Assembly: GCA_951406725.2 (NCBI GenBank)
Contig: OX597831.1
Span: forward strand, 5,890,001 to 5,954,000
Length of the DNA: 64,000 nt
Direction: 5' to 3'
Origin: Octopus vulgaris
Taxonomy: Eukaryota
This document shows positions 55,857-64,000 of this stretch, piece by piece. The first letter of the stretch is position 1. Every line of letters begins with the position of its first letter. The position numbers were made by a program, and so were the translations under genes. Under the pieces are notes generated by a model that was not told the origin of the DNA, searched no databases, and saw only the letters and a list, made by a program, of their open reading frames with translations.

Positions 55857-56263
55857 TTATTTCTTTACTACCCACAAGGTAGAGGGGACAAATAAGGACA
55901 GACAAAGGGATTAAGTCGATTATATCGACCCCACTGCGTAATTGGTACTTATTTAATCGACCCCGAAAGGATGAAAGGCAAAGTCGACCTCGGCGGAATT
56001 TGAACTCAGAACGTAGAGGCAGACGAAATACCTATTTCTTTACTACCCACAAGGGGCTAAATGCAGAGGGGACAAACAAGGACAGACATACGGATAAAGT
56101 CGATTACATCGACCCCAGTGCGTAACTGGTACTTATTTAATCGACCCCGAAAGGATGAAAGGCAAAGTCGACCTCGGCGGAATTTGAACTCAGAACGTAA
56201 CGGCAGACGAAATACGGCTGCGCATTTCGCCCGGCGTGCTAACGTTTCTGCCAGCTCGCCGCC
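55857..56263 (-). mobile_element. SINE family A tandem pair (similar array at 60613-61215 in the last HELQ intron)
   Basis: Reverse complement of family A. CCTATCGACGCATTTAGAATTTCT is repeated on both flanks. Confidence 0.88.
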
Positions 56264-56797
56264 TTTCCTATCGACGCATTTAGAATTTCTGCGAAACGCC
56301 GAAACAATGCTATAAAGTATGGCAAGAGTTACGTCCCTTACAATTGAAACTTAATGCACGAATCTCTGGCAAGACGAGTCGGTGCCAGACCACTTAACTC
56401 GCTAGAAATAGCAATGGCACCAATGAGACATTAGGTAAAGTAGTCCTACTAAAATGTTTTTGGTCACAAGTCTGCTGAATTAGGATTGACCTGAAGTTTC
56501 ATAACAGTACAGATGGAATATGAGGAAGGTTGAGGTTATTCAAATTTAAAGCAGCCCAACGAATTTAGCCCGATATTAAAGATAGCTTACTTGTGAATGC
56601 CCGTTTTATATTTATTATATATATATAATTATAACAATAATTAAGGGCTTAGCAACAAGTTGCTTCACCACATACCGAAAATTTAGAAATAGCAGCCAAA
56701 AGACCGCTATTTCTTTCTATACAAAATATGTCTCCACAGATAATATTTGTAACTCACATAGGTAAAAAGAAGAAAAAATTATGAAATAAAACAGTCT

Positions 56798-56835
<38 letters not shown>

Positions 56836-57324
56836 CCTGCTCGCTTAGCCAGGGGGGTGGCGTCATTCGAAGGCTAAAACAATGCGAACGCATTGTGACC
56901 AGCGAATTGTAACAACATCTGATTGTCTGGTCGGTCACGAAAAGAAAAAAGATATATATATCTATATATATTTAATTATTTATATTTTTGTAGAAACATG
57001 AACTTTGTACTTCGTTATCCAAATTGTAATTTCGTTTTTTCCCCATCGCGTGTGATTTCAGAGACATCTAGCTTTCTTTCGTGTGTAGTTTTAGAATGGG
57101 AGTTACCTCCCTTGAATCCTTCAACACCCGTTCTGAGAATTTGTATGAAGAATTTTAAGCATAAGCAGTATCTGAAGTCGCTAAAGATGCAATAAATTGA
57201 ATTTCTCTTGATTTAGTTGTTAGTGATATGAAAACGTGGTTAAATTAGAGCTGGTCCCCAAAGTGTTTGTTGTAGCTGTAATTGTTGTTGCAGAATTGGC
57301 TGTGGCTTGAATTAAGGTGTGGCT

Positions 57325-58260
57325 GACGCTTGGGTCATTTCACTGCCATTGCTTCTATAAAAGAAAATCGCTCCAAAATTGTTGGTTTGCTAACCGAATC
57401 ATCAGATTCAAAAACGTGTATAGAGGCAACTGGAATTTTACATCAAGTTCGTTCCCCAAGGTTTGTTTTTCTAGCCCTTGTTCTTAGCAAATTTCTGCAT
57501 ATAAATAGACCAGTAGACAAACAGCTTCAGAGTCACAAATGTGATATATACCTTGGCCTTCTTAAGATTGCCAAGAATGAAATAACCAAACTGAGAAACT
57601 CTTTAATATTTGATGAGATTCTGAAACAAACGAGTCCGTTTAATATTATTGATGAACGCATTTGTCGAAAAGCTTGCAGGTCCCAACGTTTTTCAGATTA
57701 TGTTGCTGAAGCCCTGGTACCATCACGACTGGATAACCTTTCACTGCAAAATTTATTTCACCATCATCAATGAAAGCTTGGGAGAGCTAGATAATAGATT
57801 TTCAGAGCAAAGCGATAGTATGTATTCTTCTTTGGTAAGTCTGCTACCAACGTCCAAGACATTTTTGGATTTTGATGCTTTTAAAACCTTTGAGCAATTT
57901 AGTTAATTGCGATAAATCTGCCTTACTTTCTGAACTTACTGTGGCAAAAGCATACATTTCCAAACAAATTATGATGACACTGCTTGATAGTTTGGGATCT
58001 TTACGTATTGTACAGGATACCTTTCCAAATGTTTATCTTTTGTATGGTGCAGCATTAACATTTGGATCTAGCACAGCTACATGTGAATCATCGTCTTTGA
58101 CACTAACTCGAATTATGAAACCCTTTCGATGAAATATGAAACACCAGCGAAAACCAAACCTCATGATATTTGCTTCCCTTAATAAATACAAATCAAGTAC
58201 AGAGAAGGACGATTTTCTTAAATTTTTTGCCTTGCATGCCGTAGATTGCAGTTGTATTAA
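57325..58260 (+). mobile_element. Decayed hAT transposase C-terminal region (dimerisation domain)
   Basis: ELDNRFS and FPNVYLLYGAALTFGSSTATCESS..TLTRI match the hAT dimerisation consensus (FP.....ALT....A.CERSFS). Frameshifted. Confidence 0.75.
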
Positions 58261-58810
58261 ATAAATGTAACCTGATTTTATTTAATGTTCTGAATTTTTT
58301 TGAGAGACTTGGGTCGTACAGTTCTCATACGACATAATAAAATAAAACATTAAGTCCGTTTAAGAGATAGTACTAGATGCTTGTCTGCTCACTGGTACTA
58401 CTCGAACTCCCGAGTCGACACATTGCTCATGAGCTGTCGGGTCCGTCAACCCATTGGCTTACTCCATCATATTTATCCTGGTGGACTAATCCATCCATTC
58501 TACCTTGGGGCTGTTCCATTTCCACACAACAGAGACATAATCAAATTTTATAAACAGTACGGTTTTTAGAGTTCTGTTCAGCGGATGTATTACAAAAGAC
58601 CCTTAGGAAAAAAGCTCCATTACACCAAAGCACACGATGAATAATAAATAATCCAAATAAAGCTTTATTTCATTACTTATATGTTATATGTTTTAATAAA
58701 TTGACACTAAATATTCGTAGCATGGCAACAAAATTACAAAAGCAAAACAAGGGGGGGGGGGTTCATATATATATAATCCATTGTTTGTTCAATTAATATT
58801 TATGTTCAGC

Positions 58811-58857
<47 letters not shown>

Positions 58858-60312
58858 TCAGTTCTAATTATGAATATTTCAACTATTTGATCAACCAAAC
58901 TATCAACTTGTATTAACAGGTACTTCCTACCAAACTTCTGGTACCAACATGTATGTAAAGAGTGAGACATGGACACTTGAGGCAGACAGTGTATGACAAG
59001 GCTGGCTTTTTGAATCACAGGGCCCAAATGAGAGGACCTCCATTCAAATTTCTACCTCCCTAATTTCACTCAGAATGATCGTGTCAAACCAAGGCTTTTG
59101 GTATTTTCTCAAGAAGCTTTTGAAGTCAGATCAAACCCAGTACACGATGATTGCAAAGTGAATTTCTTAAGCACCTGACCATGATTGCAATTTTGTGTAC
59201 CTTGTCGTCGTGGTCATCATCGTCATCATCATTTTACATCCATTTTACTTCTCAACAGGGATTCAATGGGTCATTGCTGCTCCTTTAACTTTAGATGGGT
59301 CAGAGAAACACGTGCATTATTTAGATGTGTCTGTGTATGTACGTGTGTGTATGTGTGTATGTGTGTGTGTGTATATGTATGTATGTGTGTGTGTATGTGT
59401 ACATATATGTATGTGTGTGTGGATGTGTATGTATTTGTGTGTGTATGTGTGTATATGTGCATGTATGTGTGTGTGTGATGTCTGTGTTATTAAGAAGATC
59501 ACTTTGCAACCATGTTGATCCAGGTTCAGTCCCACTGCACAGCACCTTAGACAAATGTGTTCTGTTAAAGCTCAGGGCCAACCAAAGCTGTGAGTGGATT
59601 TTCCAGGCAAAAACTGAAAAGAAGCCAGTTGTGTAACTATATACATGTATGTATGTATATGCATGTGTCAGTGTGTGTGTGTCTCAGTCAGGGTGTATAT
59701 TCCAGGTGTGCTAGGTGCCATTGCAAATGGCAAATTCATTATACTCATTAATTTAATCATAAATCTTACTGGTAAACTTTTGTTATACCCCTGCTTGAAA
59801 TTTGGTGGCACAATAACCATCATACGTCACTGGTCTCAGTGTGTGTGTGTGTGTGTGTGTATGTGTGTGTGTCTTTGTCTGGACAATGAGAAACACTCAG
59901 AGTCAATTTTAAAACTAATAAAACATCATAAAAGCAGTGTCATTTGTTTGCAGTCTTCCAAGAAAATGTCTGAAGGGAGGAAGAGAAGGGGAGGAGAATA
60001 TTACCATGCTTGGGACCAGGTGGGGTGGGGTTGGCAACAGGAAGAGCATCCAGCCAGAAAAAAATCTGGCAACAAAATCTGACTGATGCAAACATGGAAA
60101 AACAGACATTAAAACAATGACAATGATGATAATGATGATGATATTGATGATATATACAAAACATACATATATATACATATATAGATGTAAATGAGATATG
60201 TGTGTGTGTGTTCATATGTATACATATGGAGTGTCAAACATGGAAATAGAAACAGGAGATAAAAAAATAAATATTTCTCTGTGATGTTTGAAAGAAAAAA
60301 AAAGAAACAATT

Positions 60313-60537
60313 CTACAAAACATAATCATCTAGAAGAGAATCAGGAATTTCATTTTGGATTTCATCAAAATCACTGCCAGACAATACTGTTGGCGATGTT
60401 TCGTTGGAGTCCTTGTTTTTAACGTTCGAGGTTTCTTCGCTAAGTTTCTGTTCAGTTTGTTGGTTGGCAAATTCAGGAATGGTGACCAGTTGTTCGATTT
60501 CTTCTAACAAAGCTTCTCTCTTTTCGTCTAGAAGCAG
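60313..60537 (-). CDS. HELQ: HELQ terminal coding exon, LLLDEKREALLEEIEQLVTIPEF...DDYVL*
   Basis: Acceptor ctttgtcttgtAG, 225 nt in frame to TAG. LL.EK.EAL.EE.E.L is the typical HELQ C-terminal helix, followed by an acidic tail. Confidence 0.85.
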   Translation of the reverse strand: MLLDEKREALLEEIEQLVTIPEFANQQTEQKLSEETSNVKNKDSNETSPTVLSGSDFDEIQNEIPDSLLDDYVL

Positions 60538-61721
60538 CTACAAGACAAAGCAATAAACAATAATTAGATACACTGAACCCTTTTGATACCAATCCACCCG
60601 AGGTCACCATTCTTATTTCTTTATTGCCCACAAGGGGCTAAACATAGAAGGGACAAACGGATTAAGTTGATTACATCTACCCCAGTGCGTAACTGGTATT
60701 TAATTTATCAACCCCAAAAGGATGAAAGGCAAAAATCGACCATAAAGAACATAAAGACAGATGAAATACCTATTTCTTTACTGCCCACAAGGGACTAAAC
60801 ACAGAGAGGACAAACAAGGCAGACAAACGAATTAAGTCAATTATATCGACCCCAGTGCGTAACTGGTACTTATTTAATCGACCCCGAAAGGATGAAAGGC
60901 AAAGTCGACCTAGGCAGAATTTGAACTCAGAACAGAGCAGCAGACGAAATACATCTAAGCATTTCGTCCAGCGCCCTAATGTTTCTTATTTCTTTATTGC
61001 CCACAAGGGGCTAAACATAGAGGGGACAAACAAGGCAGACAAACGGATTAAGTCAATTATATCGACCCCAGTGCGTAACTGGTACTTAATTTATCGACCC
61101 CGAAAGGATGAAAGGCAAAGTCAACCTCGGCGGAATTTGAACTCAGAACGTAAAGACAGACGAAATACAGCAAAGCATTTCGCCCGGCATGCTAACGAGT
61201 CTGCCAGCTCGCTGCCCCGAGATCACCCTTCATTCTATGATCTCTAGGATATAAACTTTGTTTTTTTAAGGTGAACAAAACTAAAAGCTTCCATCAAAAT
61301 TCCAAGTTACTTTATGTCCTGAACATCAGATGAATAATGACAAAGTTATACGAATAAGTTCTTCATTTTTTTCAAAATAAATTGAAACAAAACAATGCAT
61401 TTTAACAGAAATAAGTTAATGAAATGGATTGAAATATCTGAGGAAATGTAAAAGCCGTACCAATTTATTACAATAACGCATAGGAATAGTTAGGTAGTGG
61501 TAGCTATAGTGGTATGAAAACAGATGTAGAAATGTTGTAGTTTATGTCATAGTATATAGTAGTGATAAAGAGGCGTGGTAGTGCTTATAGTGGTGTGATA
61601 ATAGACTGGATGAAAGCTGGACGATGGAACCAATAGGATAAGAAGACACAAAGAATGAGTGAGAGCAAGAGAAAGAGTGAGAAAAATAAATCATGTTGTG
61701 GTCATTTAGTAACTTATTTAC

Positions 61722-61856
61722 CTGCGCTGAAGCGATAATCTGTCGAGCAAGTTTCTTGGACATGTGTTCTATATCTTTCACCAAATCCTTCACACTAGCT
61801 TTGGCTACGAGTGCCAATGTTTTATAGCCAGCATTATACAGCTGGTGAGCACGGCC
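61722..61856 (-). CDS. HELQ: HELQ penultimate coding exon, GRAHQLYNAGYKTLALVAKASVKDLVKDIEHMSKKLARQIIASAQ
   Basis: 135-nt phase-0 exon bounded by tttcAG and GTaaat. Matches the HELQ helix-hairpin-helix region motif GRA.QLY.AGYK...A.A....L...I.H.S...A.QI..SA. Confidence 0.9.
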
Positions 61857-61908
61857 CTGAAACAGAAACAAAGCAAAGATATTGGTCAGTTAATGAGAGC
61901 ACTTACAT

Positions 61909-63090
61909 AGGCGTAGGAGTGGCTGTGTGGTAAGTAGCTTGCTTACCGACCACATGGTTCCGGGTTCAGTCCCACTGCATAGCACCTTGGGCAAGTGTCT
62001 TCTACTATAGCCTCGGGCCAACCAAAGCCTTGTGAGTGGATTTGGTAGACGGAAACTGAAAGAAGCCCGTCGTATATATGTATATATGTATATGTGTGTG
62101 TATGTGTTTGTGTGTCTGTGTTTGTACCCCCAACATTGCTTGACAACCGATGCTGGTGTGTCTACGTTCCCGTAACTTAGCGGTTCGGCAAAAGAGTCCG
62201 ATAGAATAAGTACAAGGCTGACAAAGAATAAGTCCTGGGGTCGATTTGCTCGACTAAAGGCGGTGCTCCAGCATAGCCGCAGTCAAAATGACTGAAACAA
62301 GTAACAGAGTAACAGAGTACAGAGTATATAAACACACATATAGACATTTGGTGTTAGGAAGGGCATCCAGTCATAGAAGCCATGCCAAATCAGATGAAAT
62401 AAACGAGTGCCCCATTCAGGCCTATGTTCTTTTCTTTCTTATTATTGATGTGCTCTTTATATTATGTTATGTTACAGCCCTCCTCAGGATGCATAGGATA
62501 TTATATGATCACACAATGGTGAGTGTTTAATCCTTTAGCATTTAATCCAGCCATATCCGGCCCAAATATTCTGCTGGCTATTTTATGCTAAAACTGGCCA
62601 GATCCAATCTCTCACACCTACCCTACTATGTCATTCTAAAAATTTTACAAATACACCATTGAAATCTAGAAGCTCTGAGATACTCTTTACTCTTTCCTTG
62701 TTTCAGTCATTTGACTGCGGCCATGCTGGAGCACCATCTTTAGTCAAGCAAATCGACCCCAGCACTTATTCTTTGTAAGCCTAGTACTTATTCTATTGGT
62801 CTTTTTTGCCGAACCACTACGTTACAGGGACATAAACACACCAGCATCAGTTGTCAAGTGATGTTGGGGGAACAAACACAGACACACAAACATATACACA
62901 CAGACATACATATATATACATATATACAACGGGCTTCTTTCAGTTTCCGTCCACCAAATCCACTCACAAGGCTTTGGTCGGCCCGAGGCTATAGTAGAAG
63001 ACACTTGCCCAAGGTGTCACACAGTGGGACTGAACCAGGAAACATGTGGTTCGTAAGCAAGCTACTTACCAAACAGCCACTCCTACGTCT
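61909..63090. mobile_element. Inverted pair of SINE family B copies in HELQ intron (61909-62320 +, 62685-63090 -)
   Basis: Two near full-length copies in opposite orientation, ~365 bp apart. Confidence 0.88.
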
Positions 63091-63329
63091 ATGATTAATT
63101 CAAAACAATGTGAATAATTAGGATTACATTTGACAAAAGAAATCAGAATGCTAAAGGGTTAACGTGATTAACAACAATATGAGTTGAAACCTGAAGGGTA
63201 AAATCTTTGCATACTGAGCACAGCCATTCCTCTGTGTGTTTGCACATGTGTGTGTGTGTGTGTGTGTGTTTGTGGGTGTATGTGTGTGTGTGAGTGTATG
63301 CATGTGTGTGTGTGCATGTGTGTGTGTGC

Positions 63330-63367
<38 letters not shown>

Positions 63368-63732
63368 ATGTGTGTGTGTGTGCGTGTGTGTGTGTGTGTG
63401 TTTATGTGTGCGCTACTGTCTACTTGCTTTGATATTTTGTGATAGTTGTAAGCAAGTGTCAACCTCATTCAAACTGTCTTTCATTTCCAATCTTCTGGTT
63501 GGGGAGGTGGGAGGGGCGCTGATATTACCTTACCTGGAAACAGGTGAATGTTGTTGGTGACAGGAAGGGTACCTCAGCAAATTCCATCAGAAGCAATGAT
63601 ACAGAGAAATGGGGACATTAAACAATGACGATGGTGATGACGACGAAGAACTATCATCATGACCACCTCTATGTCAACTGACGACAAAACTTAAAACCCA
63701 GACAACAGAAAACAAGATGAGTTGATGCTTAC

Positions 63733-63846
63733 CTTTTTCACTCCAGGTATCTCTATCAGTGGAATAAGATCAAGAATGGTGCTGTATGACAGTTGCTGAA
63801 TGAATGGCTCAAATAAGGCACTGAGGCCCCAGAATTCTTTCATTTC
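63733..63846 (-). CDS. HELQ: HELQ (POLQ-like helicase) internal coding exon, EMKEFWGLSALFEPFIQQLSYSTILDLIPLIEIPGVKK
   Basis: 114-nt phase-0 exon bounded by ttgcAG and GTaagc. The peptide resembles the HELQ C-terminal region (E..EFW...L......L.Y....LIPL.E..GV) and splices in frame to the next exon. Upstream exons lie beyond the window end. Confidence 0.88.
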
Positions 63847-63946
63847 CTGCAATATTTACAAAGATTCTTTCACAATATGTCAACAACACATTATTATCTA
63901 CATTATTTACATTTGATGGATATTTGTCCTCATCTTGTTTGTTGTT

Positions 63947-63992
63947 AACACAACGTTTCGGCTGTTATATCCTCCAGCCTTCTTCAGGTGTC
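63947..63992 (-). ncRNA. Minimal type I hammerhead ribozyme (PLE-type) in HELQ intron
   Basis: Minus strand GACAC-CTGAAGA-A-GGCTG(gaggatataa)CAGCC-GAAAC-GTT^GTGTT: stem I, intact core, 5-bp stem II, minimal palindromic ACGT stem III. Confidence 0.8.
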
Positions 63993-64000
63993 TTGGGGAA

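Noticed and set aside
56401-56414. GCTAGAAATAGCAA, identical to part of the Cas9 sgRNA scaffold
   Set aside because: 14-nt coincidence. TAGAAATAGC recurs in local repeats and no other CRISPR feature exists in this eukaryotic DNA.

Overview
Eukaryotic, repeat-saturated genomic DNA, most likely from an octopus (cephalopod). The assignment is inferred from the three tRNA-derived SINE families and the very high density of (TA)n, (CA)n, (TATG)n and (GATA)n tracts. Almost all ORFs in the supplied track are microsatellite artefacts. Host genes I can support are the last three coding exons of a HELQ helicase gene (minus strand, 63846 to 60313) and one intact tRNA-Glu(CTC). The rest is SINEs, LINE remnants (RTE, CR1/L2-like, R4/Dong-like), Tc1/mariner and hAT remnants, MITEs, Helitron-like elements and many Penelope-like element (PLE) footprints. 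The strongest signal is a set of hammerhead ribozyme (HHR) motifs in PLE-type palindromic or tandem inserts. These include two apparently intact HHRs in a ~556-bp tandem array (retrozyme-like), one in the sense strand of a HELQ intron, and a candidate non-circularly permuted (pseudoknotted) hammerhead in both arms of a ~830-bp palindrome. Conserved multi-hairpin RNA domains lie just downstream of the predicted cleavage sites. All structures were read by eye and none has been tested.
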